42,292 bases of DNA from Candidatus Eiseniibacteriota bacterium (GCA_041483195.1 JBGPFC010000034.1:1-42292); one strand, 5' to 3'. Positions 27,695-37,085 are shown, counted from the first letter of the stretch. The notes: generated by a model not told the origin, from the sequence alone. Translations and numbers: made by a program.

Positions 27695-28483
27695 ATGAAC
27701 GTGCAAGGCTTCGCTCGACTGTCCTTCGCGGTACTCGCAGTCGCTTTGTGCGGCTGCGCGACGGAGCAGAAGCTCGAGCAGAAGGTGCTGGCGGCCTCGC
27801 CGGCGCTGGACTCGGGCTTCCTCGAAAACGCCGACCGCATGGCACCACATCCCGAACGCGCGCCCTTCGACCGCTACTGGCTCGCGCTCACGTTCGACTG
27901 GAATCACTACTCCAAGATCTACATCGCGGCGGTCGACACGCACCACCTGCTCGAGATGAGCCTCTGGGACGAGATCAACCTGCGCACGATCGACGTGAAG
28001 AAGGACATCGCCGATCTGGCGCTCGAGTTCCACGACGACCTGGTGAAGGCGTTCCGCGACGACTCCAAGCATCACTTCCAGGTGCTCGACGACGCCGGGG
28101 CCATCGACGACCAGACCCTCGTGATTCAGTCCGCGCTGGTCGAGCTGGTGCCGAGCAAGGCGGCGCTGGCGGCGCTCGGCACTGCGGCCTGGGCCGCGCC
28201 CGTCGCTATCGGCGTGCCCGTGGGCACTTTCGCGGCCTTCGGGGACCAGGGCTCCGTATCGTTCGAGCTGCGCGGCCGGGACGGCCGCACGGGAGAGGTG
28301 GTCGGCATGTGCGCCGATCGCGAGGTCGGACCCATGCGCGTCATCGACCTGCGCTCCATGACCTGGTACGGCAACGCGCACCTGATCCTCAACGACTGGT
28401 CGCGTCAGCTGGTGGAGTTGTCGAACACGCCGCACGACGTCCAGGTGATGCACTCGGAGTATTTCACGCTCATGCCATGGTAG
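27695..28483 (+). CDS. DUF3313-like lipoprotein
   Basis: LCGC lipobox, SGFL..., YSKIYI, E.R.RDG.TGEVV..AD. Confidence 0.75.
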   Translation: MNVQGFARLSFAVLAVALCGCATEQKLEQKVLAASPALDSGFLENADRMAPHPERAPFDRYWLALTFDWNHYSKIYIAAVDTHHLLEMSLWDEINLRTIDVKKDIADLALEFHDDLVKAFRDDSKHHFQVLDDAGAIDDQTLVIQSALVELVPSKAALAALGTAAWAAPVAIGVPVGTFAAFGDQGSVSFELRGRDGRTGEVVGMCADREVGPMRVIDLRSMTWYGNAHLILNDWSRQLVELSNTPHDVQVMHSEYFTLMPW

Positions 28484-28552
28484 CTCGGGCGTCGCTACCT
28501 GCTGCGTGATGGAAGTCTCGAGTCACACAAACGCCAAACAAGGAAAAGCGCA

Positions 28553-28657
28553 ATGACACCGAATCCCAAGACCCTGTCTGGCGAGACGATCGGCGCGCAG
28601 GAGGCGTACCGAGTGGGCTTGTCCGAAGAGAACCCTCACGCGCCGAACACGCGGTGA
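28553..28657 (+). pseudogene. 34-codon mini-ORF containing an enoyl-CoA hydratase fragment
   Basis: AAGGA RBS; MTPNPKTLSGETIGAQEAYRVGLS resembles LSGEPISALEAHRIGL of 8492-9274. Confidence 0.5.
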
Positions 28658-28664
28658 GTCGTCG

Positions 28665-29099
28665 ATGGACCCCGCGTACTTTTCCGCCTTTGCAGCATTG
28701 GCAGGATCGGCGATCGGCGGCCTCACGTCTCTCGGAGCGTCGTGGCTGAGCCAGCACGTGCTGTACAGAGCGCAGGAGCAGACGCGGGAAGTCACGCGAC
28801 GGCAGGACCTCTACAAGAGCTTCATCGAAGAGGCCTCGAAGTGGTATGCCGACGCCTGCATGCACGAGAAGGTGGAGATCTCGAATCTCGTAGGCCTCTG
28901 GGCACTGGTCAGCAGGATGCGCGTACTGTCGTCGCCGAAGGTCGTCGAGAGCGCGGATGCGGTCGTCCGCGTGATCGTCGAGACGTATCGCGCCCCGAAC
29001 AAAACCCTCGCCGAGCTGGAGAAACTCCTCGACCCCGACGCCACCAACCCGCTGCGCGACTTCAGCATCGCGTGTCGCCAAGAGTTCGGCAGGGAGTAG
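28665..29099 (+). CDS. Hypothetical protein with N-terminal hydrophobic helix
   Basis: MDPAYFSAFAALAGSAIGGLTS..., LYKSFIEEASK.YADA, PLRDFS.ACR; coding-like codon usage. Confidence 0.8.
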   Translation: MDPAYFSAFAALAGSAIGGLTSLGASWLSQHVLYRAQEQTREVTRRQDLYKSFIEEASKWYADACMHEKVEISNLVGLWALVSRMRVLSSPKVVESADAVVRVIVETYRAPNKTLAELEKLLDPDATNPLRDFSIACRQEFGRE

Positions 29100-29102
29100 G
29101 GC

Positions 29103-29258
29103 GTGACGCCTTCGATGAACACTCTGGGCTCGTTCCTCCCGGCGTGGCTCGTGAGCTTCGTGGTCGGCCTGTTCCTGACGGTGGTCGTTCGTCAGCGCCT
29201 GGTCGCCACCGACACGGAGTCGTACTTGCGGCCCGCGGGCCTCGCCTACACGAGCCTC
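29103..29258 (+). pseudogene. YtcA-family paralog, C-terminally truncated
   Basis: TPSMNTLGSFLPAWLVS..TVVVRQRLVAT..Y..PA.LAYTSL aligns with 18834-19043, but the last TM helix and stop are replaced by unrelated sequence. Confidence 0.7.
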
Positions 29259-29385
29259 CCATTCCCGCTCGTCGTCGCGCGACAGCTTCTCGAGCCGGGC
29301 GCACGCGTCGGCGATCACGCCCTGCAGCCCCGCGTAGTCCTTAGTCCTGGTTCATCGGTCCCGTGGGAGGCCGGAGTACGCCCGC

Positions 29386-29502
29386 CTGGACAAGATGCTC
29401 GCGGAGCCGTTCGAGCCGTTCACGTTCTCGCCCGCTGGCGCGGCCGTCTATCAGCTCGGTCCGTTCGGAACGGCCGCGAAGCAGCTCAAGGAGTGGCGCT
29501 GA
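29386..29502 (+). pseudogene. C-terminal remnant of a conserved hypothetical protein (recalled as 2H-phosphoesterase-like)
   Basis: LDKMLAEPFEPFTFSPAGAAVYQLGPFGTAAKQLKEWR-stop; strongly coding-like with no N-terminus; family recognised from memory. Confidence 0.5.
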
Positions 29503-29527
29503 GACCTTCGAACGGGAGGAGATGACG

Positions 29528-30334
29528 ATGGCCCATGCGGACCAAGCGGTGAAGGACGAGAGCAGGCTTTCAGGGAAGGAATACGAGCGGGAGCTGGAGA
29601 AGCTCCACGTCGAGCTGGTCAAGCTGCAGGAGTGGGTGAAGGCGAAGGGTCTGAAGGTCTGCATCGTCTTCGAGGGCCGGGACGGCGCCGGCAAGGGCGG
29701 GACGATCAAGGCGATCACCGAGCGAGTGAGTCCGCGAGTGTTTCGCGTGATCGCGCTGCCCTCGCCGACCGAGCGCGAGAAGAGTCAGATGTACGCCCAG
29801 CGCTACCTGCCGCACCTGCCGGCCGCCGGTGAGGTCGTGATCTGGGACCGCAGCTGGTACAACCGCGCGGGCGTCGAGCGAGTCATGGGATTCTGTACCG
29901 AGGTGGAGGCGAAGCGCTTCCTCGAGATGGTTCCAGCGTTCGAACGGCTCATGATCACGGACGGCATCATCCTGCTCAAGTACTGGCTGGAGGTGAGCAT
30001 GGAGGAGCAGACTCGCCGCCTCGAAGCTCGCATCGACGACGGCCGCAAGATCTGGAAGCTCTCGCCGATGGATCTCGAGTCATACAGCCGCTGGCACGAC
30101 TACGCGCGTGCCCGCGACGACATGTTCAAGGCGACCGACACGGCCTGGGCTCCTTGGTACGTGGTGAAGTCCGACGACAAGAAGCGCGCCCGCCTCAATC
30201 TCATCACTCACCTGCTGAGCAAGATTCCGTACAAGAAGGTGCCGCGCGAAAGGGTGAAGCTGCCGGCGCGCGGGAAGGCGCACGGCTATCGCGAGCCCGA
30301 CTACCCGTACAAGTACGTCGCAGAGAAGTTCTGA
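29528..30334 (+). CDS. ppk2: Polyphosphate kinase 2 (class I)
   Basis: FEGRDGAGKGG Walker A, WDRSWYNR Walker B, WKLSPMD, SDDKKRARLN; GGAGGA RBS. Confidence 0.97.
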   Translation: MAHADQAVKDESRLSGKEYERELEKLHVELVKLQEWVKAKGLKVCIVFEGRDGAGKGGTIKAITERVSPRVFRVIALPSPTEREKSQMYAQRYLPHLPAAGEVVIWDRSWYNRAGVERVMGFCTEVEAKRFLEMVPAFERLMITDGIILLKYWLEVSMEEQTRRLEARIDDGRKIWKLSPMDLESYSRWHDYARARDDMFKATDTAWAPWYVVKSDDKKRARLNLITHLLSKIPYKKVPRERVKLPARGKAHGYREPDYPYKYVAEKF

Positions 30335-30490
30335 ATTGGTCGCCCCGATCGACGACGATCTGAGCTTGCCCGAGTTCGGGGCGGGACATCCGAGGAGCGC
30401 GAGGGCGCGTTCCACTGGCTGCGATGAGGACGGGCACCGACGCGTCTCGTCGAGAACCCCTTCAGAACCTCCCTTCGCGGCGGACCTCCT

Positions 30491-31633
30491 ATGAACACCA
30501 CCATCGACGGCGTGCGCGACGCGGAGCTCTCGGCTGCGCAGGCCGGCGACGGTTTCCATATTCGCCTCGCGGGCGATTGGCAGCTCTCCTGCCGCGTCCC
30601 GACCTCCGCGGACGTCGAGCGGGCGATCACCTCTGGCCCGGGCCGGGTGAGCTTCGAGGCCGGCGACCTCGGCCGGTGGGACTCGAGCCTGCTGACGGCG
30701 CTCGTCGACATCTTCGAGCTGTGCCAGGCGCGCGGTGTCGCCGTCGACCGCGCCGGCCTCCCGACCGGCGTGCAGCGTCTGCTCGCGCTTGCGGAGGCCG
30801 TTCCGGAGAAGCAAGGCGCGCGACGTGCGGTCGAGCGACCGGGGATGCTCGAGCGGATCGGCGTCGCGACCGGGCGCTCGGTCGACGCCGGCGCCGAGTT
30901 ACTGACCTTTCTGGGGCATGCGGTGATCGCGCTCGCGGCTCTGCGCCCGGGACGCTTAGCCTTTCGCGTCTCCGATCTCGTGCTCATCATCCAGCGCAGC
31001 GGCGCCGAGGCGCTCGGGATCGTCTCGCTCATCAGCTTCCTGGTGGGAGTGATTCTCGCGTTCGTCGGGGCCGTGCAGCTCCAGCAGTTCGGCGCCGCGA
31101 TCTACGTCGCCGATCTCGTCGGCATCGCCATGGCGCGCGACATGGCCGCGATGATGACGGCGATCGTGATGGCCGGCCGGACCGGCGCGTCGTTCGCCGC
31201 CGAGCTGGGCACGATGAAGGTGAACCGCGAGATCGACGCCCTCGCGACGATGGGCATCGATCCGATGGGATTCCTCGTCCTCCCCCGCATGCTCGCGCTG
31301 TTCTTGATGATGCCGCTGCTCTGCCTCTACGCCGACCTCCTCGGCATGATCGGGGGCGCCGTCGTCGGAGTCACGATGCTCGACCTGTCGTGGACGACTT
31401 ACTACCGGGAGACTGTCTCCGCCGTGACCCTGACTCAGATAGCGGGAGGCGTCTTCAAGACGGCGGTCTACGGGGCCCTGGTCGCCGTGTCCGGGTGCCT
31501 GCGGGGGATGGAGTGCGGCAACAGCGCGTCGGCCGTGGGCGAGGCCACCACGTCGGCCGTGGTCACCAGCATCGTCCTCATCATCGGCGCATGCGGGGCG
31601 TTCGCCGTGCTGTTCTACGTGCTGGGCATCTGA
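30491..31633 (+). CDS. mlaE: MlaE-family ABC permease with N-terminal STAS-like domain
   Basis: QLQQFGA..Y, AGRTGA.FAAELGTMKVNREIDAL, VG.ATT.AVV. Confidence 0.92.
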   Translation: MNTTIDGVRDAELSAAQAGDGFHIRLAGDWQLSCRVPTSADVERAITSGPGRVSFEAGDLGRWDSSLLTALVDIFELCQARGVAVDRAGLPTGVQRLLALAEAVPEKQGARRAVERPGMLERIGVATGRSVDAGAELLTFLGHAVIALAALRPGRLAFRVSDLVLIIQRSGAEALGIVSLISFLVGVILAFVGAVQLQQFGAAIYVADLVGIAMARDMAAMMTAIVMAGRTGASFAAELGTMKVNREIDALATMGIDPMGFLVLPRMLALFLMMPLLCLYADLLGMIGGAVVGVTMLDLSWTTYYRETVSAVTLTQIAGGVFKTAVYGALVAVSGCLRGMECGNSASAVGEATTSAVVTSIVLIIGACGAFAVLFYVLGI

Positions 31634-31641
31634 GGCCAACG

Positions 31642-32451
31642 ATGGCGGACGGCACGGAGACACACGCGAACGGGACTGGCGCAACGGACGCGTCCATCGT
31701 CGTGCGCGACCTCACGATGGCCTTCGGCAGCTTCGTCGTGATGCACGATCTCAACTTCACCGTGCGGCGGGGCGACGTCTTCGTGATCATGGGCGGCAGC
31801 GGCTGCGGCAAGAGCACGCTGCTCAACCACCTGATCGGACTGCTCGAGCCGGCGCGGGGCGAGATCCTGTACCAGGGTCGGAGCTTCACGGCGGCGCCGC
31901 CACCGGAGCGCGACTCACTCCTGCGGCGCATCGGGGTTCTCTTCCAGAGCGGCGCGCTCTGGAGCTCGATGACCCTCGCCGAGAACATCGCGCTACCGCT
32001 CCAGCAGTACACCGATCTCGGGCCCTCGGAGATCCGCAAGGTGGCGTCGCTCAAGCTCGCGCTCGTGGGGCTCAAGGGCTTCGAGGACTACTACCCGAAC
32101 GAGATCAGCGGGGGTATGCAGAAGCGCGCGGGCTTGGCCCGCGCGATGGCCCTCGACCCCGAGTATCTCTTCTTCGACGAGCCTTCGGCCGGCCTCGACC
32201 CGATCAGCTCGCACCTCCTCGACGAGCTGATCCTCGAGCTCCGCGAAAGCCTGGGTGCGACGGTGGTCGTCGTGACTCACGAGCTGGCCAGCATCTTCGC
32301 CGTTGCCACGAACAGCATCTTCCTCGACGTCGACGCGCGGACGATCACCGCCGCGGGCGACCCCAAGACGCTGCGCGAGCAAGGCAACGACGCCGTCCGC
32401 CGCTTCCTTTCGCGGGGCGGCGCGAACCCCGCTGGAGCAACCCATGAGTAA
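31642..32451 (+). CDS. mlaF: MlaF-family ABC ATP-binding protein
   Basis: GGSGCGKS, ISGGMQKR, FFDEPSAGLDP, VTHEL. Confidence 0.93.
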   Translation: MADGTETHANGTGATDASIVVRDLTMAFGSFVVMHDLNFTVRRGDVFVIMGGSGCGKSTLLNHLIGLLEPARGEILYQGRSFTAAPPPERDSLLRRIGVLFQSGALWSSMTLAENIALPLQQYTDLGPSEIRKVASLKLALVGLKGFEDYYPNEISGGMQKRAGLARAMALDPEYLFFDEPSAGLDPISSHLLDELILELRESLGATVVVVTHELASIFAVATNSIFLDVDARTITAAGDPKTLREQGNDAVRRFLSRGGANPAGATHE

Positions 32452-33406
32452 ACGAGCCAATCCGACCGTAATCGGCGCCTTCGTCGTCGGCGCCGTGGTG
32501 CTTGTCATCGCAGCGGTGGGAGTCCTGGGATCCGGGAGGTTCTTCCGCAAGGTGTACCCGGCAGTCCTGTTCTTCGAGGGTGACGTCAATGGACTTCGCA
32601 TCGGAGCCCCGGTGAAGTTCAAGGGCATCCAGCTGGGCGAGGTGACGAGCATCCTGCTGAGGCTCGGTGACGGCGCAGGTGCTCCTGAGGGCAAGGAAAC
32701 GCAGCTGATTCCGGTGCTCATCTCGCTGGACCAAGCCAACATCGTCGCTCGAGGCAGCACTGTCAGACCCGACCGGGAGACACTCGCGGAATTCGTCAAA
32801 CGGGGGATGCGGGGGCAGCTCAAGATGGAGAGCTTCGTGACGGGTGTCCTCTACGTGGAGCTCGAGATGCATCCGGGCACGCCGGCCGAGTTCCGGGGAG
32901 GCCCGGACCTCGAGTATCCGGAGATTCCGACCCTCCCGACCGCGATGGCAGAGGTACAGGCCAAGGCCGGCGCCTTCCTGGCGAAGCTCGACAAGGTCGA
33001 CATCGACGGGTTGGTCAATTCGTTCAAGGCGGCGGCCGAGAGCTTCGACCGCCTGGCGAGCTCGCCCGGCCTGCACGCGACCCTGGACGGGCTTCCCACT
33101 ACGGTCAAGAAGGTCGACGAGGCCGCGGATCAGCTCCAGCGCACCCTCGTGAGCGTCGAGGGCACGTCCGACCGTTTGAAGGCCGACGTGGTCCCGCGGG
33201 TCGACGAGGCGCTCGTCGCAGCGCGTGACACTCTGCGGAGCGTCCAGGCGGTCGTGGAGCCGGGCTCGCCGGTCGTCTACCAGCTCGGCCGAACGCTCGA
33301 CCAGGTCGCGCAGGCGGCGGCCGCGGTCAATCGCCTGGCGGCAGAGCTCGAGCGCAACCCGTCGATGCTCGTGCGCGGAAAGGCCGTCGAGGAGAGCGCG
33401 CGATGA
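32444..33406 (+). CDS. MCE/MlaD (PqiB-like) protein
   Basis: IGAFVVGA TM helix, F.GDVNGL.IGAPVKFKGI..GEV, coiled tail, LERNPS.LVRGK. Confidence 0.9.
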   Translation: MSKRANPTVIGAFVVGAVVLVIAAVGVLGSGRFFRKVYPAVLFFEGDVNGLRIGAPVKFKGIQLGEVTSILLRLGDGAGAPEGKETQLIPVLISLDQANIVARGSTVRPDRETLAEFVKRGMRGQLKMESFVTGVLYVELEMHPGTPAEFRGGPDLEYPEIPTLPTAMAEVQAKAGAFLAKLDKVDIDGLVNSFKAAAESFDRLASSPGLHATLDGLPTTVKKVDEAADQLQRTLVSVEGTSDRLKADVVPRVDEALVAARDTLRSVQAVVEPGSPVVYQLGRTLDQVAQAAAAVNRLAAELERNPSMLVRGKAVEESAR

Positions 33407-34005
33407 AGCGCAGCCTGATCGGCGTTGTGAGTGCCGTCGTGTGGCTCGCGAGCGGCTGCTCGATCCTCGCGCCGCAACCGGATCTCTCTCGTTACTTCGT
33501 GCTCACATCCGTCGTCGAGACACCCGCCGTCGGGGCGGACGCGCGCACGGGCGGACCCCGGCCGACGCTCGGCGTCGGTCCGGTCGTCCTGCCCGGGTAC
33601 TTGGACCGGTTGCAGATCGTGCGTCGCAGCGGAGAGAACCAGCTCGTCTTCTCGTCGACCGGGGTGTGGGCCGAGCCGCTCGAACGGAACGTGCAAGGCG
33701 TGGTCTCGACGAATCTCGCGCGGCTCCTCGGAGACGTGGAGATCGTCCCCTTCCCCTCGTTCACGGCGATCAGCATCGATCGACAGATCTCCATCACCTT
33801 CCTCCGTTTCGGTGGCGACGAGCACAACTCGGTATCCCTGGACGCCCGATGGACGATCCAACGCCGCACAGACAAGGCGCCCGCGGACGCGCGCGAGTCA
33901 CACATCGTGCGGCAGGCTTCGGACGGCTCCACCGCGTCCCTGGTTGCGGCGATGAGCGAAGCCGTCGGCGCGCTCAGTCAGGAAATCGCCGGAAAACTTC
34001 GTTGA
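33403..34005 (+). CDS. pqiC: PqiC-family lipoprotein (ABC transport auxiliary)
   Basis: ASGC lipobox, GVGPV.LP.YLDR.QIV, WAEPL, L.A.W. Confidence 0.88.
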   Translation: MKRSLIGVVSAVVWLASGCSILAPQPDLSRYFVLTSVVETPAVGADARTGGPRPTLGVGPVVLPGYLDRLQIVRRSGENQLVFSSTGVWAEPLERNVQGVVSTNLARLLGDVEIVPFPSFTAISIDRQISITFLRFGGDEHNSVSLDARWTIQRRTDKAPADARESHIVRQASDGSTASLVAAMSEAVGALSQEIAGKLR

Positions 34006-34156
34006 GTGTCGTCGCCGCCGCCGCGTCCAGCGCGCCGGGCTCGATGTCTCCCAGCACGAGCTTCATGCCCTCGGCCGCGAGCCGCTCCGCCGTCGCGAAA
34101 CCGATCCCACTTGCGCCGCCCGTGATCACCGCCACCCGTTCGCGAAATCGCTTCGT
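34006..34156 (-). pseudogene. N-terminal fragment of an SDR oxidoreductase
   Basis: KRFRERVAVITGGASGIGFATAERLAAEGMKLVLGDIE; ACG where ATG is expected; similarity ends at the pqiC stop. Confidence 0.8.
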
Positions 34157-34201
34157 GGCGAGAGTGGTACCGCGGCGCGGCGGCTCGTGTGCGCTGGCGC
34201 G

Positions 34202-34635
34202 ATGAGGTTTCTGCTCGTCCTCGTCGGGTTCGTCGGCCTGTTCGTCGGTTGTGACTCGTCTCCGCCGCCACCCGAAGCCACCGGGCTGGTTGAGTGGGCG
34301 CGTGTCGCGGACGAGCAGGTTCCCCGGATTGTCACTCGGGATCCCGACGGAAGTCTGCGGGTCACGAAGCTCGGCCTCGTCGTCGTGGACGGCGGCGGCT
34401 ACACCCGAACGCGCGGCGCGCGCTGGCTCGTGAACCTTGAGCGCGACCCCGACGTGGTGCTGTGGATCGGCGCAGCCGCCCATCCCTGCGGGCCGAGCGG
34501 GTCACCGACCCAGCGCTCGCAACACGCATCCTCGACGCGTTCAGCAAGAAGTAAGGCTTCCTCGCGCGTGTCGTCCGCTGGTTCAACGGGGACAAGGCAA
34601 CGCTGCTCCATCTCGTGGAGCGCCCCGCGCCCTGA
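34202..34635 (+). pseudogene. Split-barrel (DUF2255/deazaflavin-oxidoreductase-like) lipoprotein pseudogene
   Basis: T..PDG..R.T, W..NL..DP.V; frameshift near 34485; in-frame TAA at 34552 in FSKK*G (expected KKYG). Confidence 0.65.
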
Positions 34636-34663
34636 ACAGAATCACGTCCGTTCGGCGAGCGGC

Positions 34664-34898
34664 TCAGATCTCCCGGCAGAAGCGGGCGATGCTCGCCGCG
34701 GTCTCGCGACTCACATCGGGGCAGGCCATCGCGAAGATCTCCGTGCCGTGGATCGTGCCCATCACCTGGCGGCATTGCGCGGGCACGCCGGCGCGGAGCA
34801 ACAGGCGATAGAACTCGATGCCCTCGTCGCGCAGCGGGTCGCTCTCGTTCACGCTGATGACCGTGGACACGAGACCCTTCACGTCCTGCTCGGACGCG
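34664..34898 (-). pseudogene. C-terminal fragment of an HSL-type alpha/beta hydrolase
   Basis: VISVNESDPLRDEG..FYR.L..AGV and GTIHG (catalytic Asp/His region) with no N-terminus or GXSXG motif. Confidence 0.8.
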
Positions 34899-34900
34899 AC

Positions 34901-34951
34901 GGCGACTCCGCGCACCACCGCGAGGAGCTGGCGAAGCACGTCGGGCTGTAG
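34901..34951 (+). pseudogene. Possible C-terminal tail of an acyl-CoA dehydrogenase
   Basis: GDSAHHREELAKHVGL-stop resembles the G(D)...HR..LA...GL ACAD ending. Confidence 0.4.
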
Positions 34952-34974
34952 AGCGCGCGCACTGACTGTTGCCG

Positions 34975-35592
34975 TCAGCGCGCCTTCTGTGCTTCGATCT
35001 CTTCCTCGACCTCGCGCAGGCGGTCCTTGCCGAAGAACAGCGCGCCGCCGACGATGAAGCTGGGTGACCCGAACACGCCGCGCGCGACGGCGCGCTCGGT
35101 GTTCGAGAGCAGCTCCTGCTTGACGTCGGGGTCCGCCGCGCGCGCGATCAGCTCGTCGGCGGGCAGGCCGGATTCGACCAGCGCCGCGCGAATCACGTCG
35201 GGCTCGTCCATCTTCTTGGGCTCGGCCCACATGTGCCGGTAGACCTCGCCGACGTAGCGAGGGAAGCAGCCGAGATGCCGTGCCGCGACCGCCCCGCGCA
35301 TGATCTGGAGCGTGTTCACCGGGAAGTGGGGGTTGCTCGCGAAGCGCGTGATACCGTGTCTCGCGATGAATCGGCGCAGCTCCAGCGCCTCGTACTCGGG
35401 CTTGTTCTTGATCCCGCGCAGCGAGACGGCCGGCGAGACGTTCCCCGTCGCCTTGAACACGCCGCCGAGCAGCACCGGCACGTATGTGAAGGCAACGCCG
35501 GTGCGCTTCTCGATGCCGGGAATCACGAGATGCGCGAGATAGGCGTTCGGCGAGCCGAGGTCGAAGTCGAACTCGACCTCTGGAGTCACCAT
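34975..35592 (-). CDS. 2-hydroxychromene-2-carboxylate isomerase / DsbA (GST-kappa) family
   Basis: EFDFDLGSPNAYL, PVLLGGVFK, NPHFPVNT, RGVFGSPSF..FFGKDRL. Confidence 0.92.
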   Translation of the reverse strand: MVTPEVEFDFDLGSPNAYLAHLVIPGIEKRTGVAFTYVPVLLGGVFKATGNVSPAVSLRGIKNKPEYEALELRRFIARHGITRFASNPHFPVNTLQIMRGAVAARHLGCFPRYVGEVYRHMWAEPKKMDEPDVIRAALVESGLPADELIARAADPDVKQELLSNTERAVARGVFGSPSFIVGGALFFGKDRLREVEEEIEAQKAR

Positions 35593-36344
35593 TTCTCGGC
35601 CCAGGGCCGCAGCACCACTTCGAACGCCCAGGTCGAGCGATGCTGGCGATGGAGCTGTAAGTAGGTCTCGGCGATCGCGTCCGGGTCGGCCATGTTGTCG
35701 TCGACGGCGGTCCCTGCGAGCCGGTGGGCGTGGGTGCCGTCTTCCTGCGTCCAGCCGATCGCGGCGTCGATCGGTACGTTCGCGACGTGGATGCCCTGCG
35801 GCCAAAGCTCCCGCGCCATGCTCTGCGCGAGCCACGCCTTCGCCTGACAGGCCATGGCAAAGGCGCCGCTCGCCGGGAAGCCCTTCAGCGCCGCGCTCGC
35901 GTTGGTGAAGATGATCGTTCCCTTCGCGCCGCTGGCGGCGGGCTGATTCTGCAACATGCGCCGAGCGGCCTCTTGGCCGACGAGGAATGCGCTGAACGCG
36001 GAGTTGCGGAGTGTCTCGAGCGCCATGCCGGGGTCGGCGTCGGTGATCATCTTGCGGAAGATTCCAGCCACCCGTCCGTCGATGTTGTGCACGACGAGCC
36101 GCGGAGCGCCGAGATCGCGGACGAGGCTCTCGAACAAGACCCCGATCTCCGCCGGCTCGCTGGCATCGCACGCATACCGCCGCACGCCGTGCGTCTTCTC
36201 CAAGTCGAGCAACACCGGCTTGTTCGGATCGCGGGCTGCGACGCCAACCCGCATACCGCTCTTTGCGAACAGCCGGGCGCAGCTCGCGCTGATGCCGGGA
36301 CCCCCGCCCACGATCAGGGCAACCTCACTCGACGTATCGGTCAC
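35586..36344 (-). CDS. SDR-family oxidoreductase
   Basis: IVGGGPGIS, FTNASAALKG, AQSMAREL.P.GIHVA, QHRSTWAFE..LRP..EKW. Confidence 0.9.
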   Translation of the reverse strand: MTDTSSEVALIVGGGPGISASCARLFAKSGMRVGVAARDPNKPVLLDLEKTHGVRRYACDASEPAEIGVLFESLVRDLGAPRLVVHNIDGRVAGIFRKMITDADPGMALETLRNSAFSAFLVGQEAARRMLQNQPAASGAKGTIIFTNASAALKGFPASGAFAMACQAKAWLAQSMARELWPQGIHVANVPIDAAIGWTQEDGTHAHRLAGTAVDDNMADPDAIAETYLQLHRQHRSTWAFEVVLRPWAEKW

Positions 36345-36360
36345 TTCGCTCCTCTCCGTG

Positions 36361-37085
36361 TCAGTGGTTCCACCAAGGTCTGTCCGAGAATGCGCGCAGG
36401 TCGAGCTCGTGCGTCCACGTGGAGCGGTGTTGCTTCGCGAGGTGGACGTAAGTCTCCGCGATCTGCGCGGGAAGCATGAGCCCGTCGTGCTCGTTGCCGT
36501 GTGTCTCTCGCAGCTCTCGGAACCGCTCCGGTCCCAGCATCTTTCCGAGCGTGTCCGGCGCGTCCACCGCGCCGTCGATCACGATGCGGACGACGTGGAT
36601 CCCCTTTGCCGCGAACTCCGCGTTCAGCGTCTGGCAGAGCATGCGCCGGCCACCCATGGCCGCTGCGTGCGAGTGCTGACCGGCGTTCCCTTGCCTCGCG
36701 CGGCCATCCGCGGACACAGAGCCGACGCCAGACGAGACAGGCCGAAGGTCCCCAGGCGCCAGCCGGTCTCGAACGCCTTGAGTGACGTCTGCTCCAGCAG
36801 TCGATCACCGATCCGGGCGCCCAGGTTGTAGACGGCGACCTCGATCGGACCGATCTCGGCTTCGACGGCCGCGACTCGCTCCTCGATCGCGTCGGCTTCG
36901 ATGGCGTTGAGGAGATACCCCAATGCGGAGCCTCCTTCGCTCTTGATCGCGTCCACCAGACGAGTCAGTCCGTCCAGGTCGGTGCGCCGGCACAGGCACG
37001 CGTGGTATCCCTCCTCCGCAAAGCGCCGTCCGACCGTTCCACCAATCCCCGCACCGGCACCGATCACCAAGCAAATGGGCTTCAC
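36361..37085 (-). pseudogene. SDR oxidoreductase with internal deletion/frameshift
   Basis: VIGAGAGIG..YNLG..GKGT in one frame and GNAGQHSH..QHRSTWTHELDLR in another; junction at 36684-36690. Confidence 0.85.

Noticed and set aside
27691..27706. Fifth sigma54 promoter CGGCATGAACGTGCAA
   Set aside because: GG-to-GC spacing is 9 rather than 10, and it overlaps the likely start codon
30386..30427. TSEEREGAFHWLR-stop as the tail of a lost SpoIIAA-like gene
   Set aside because: Too short to support without a search
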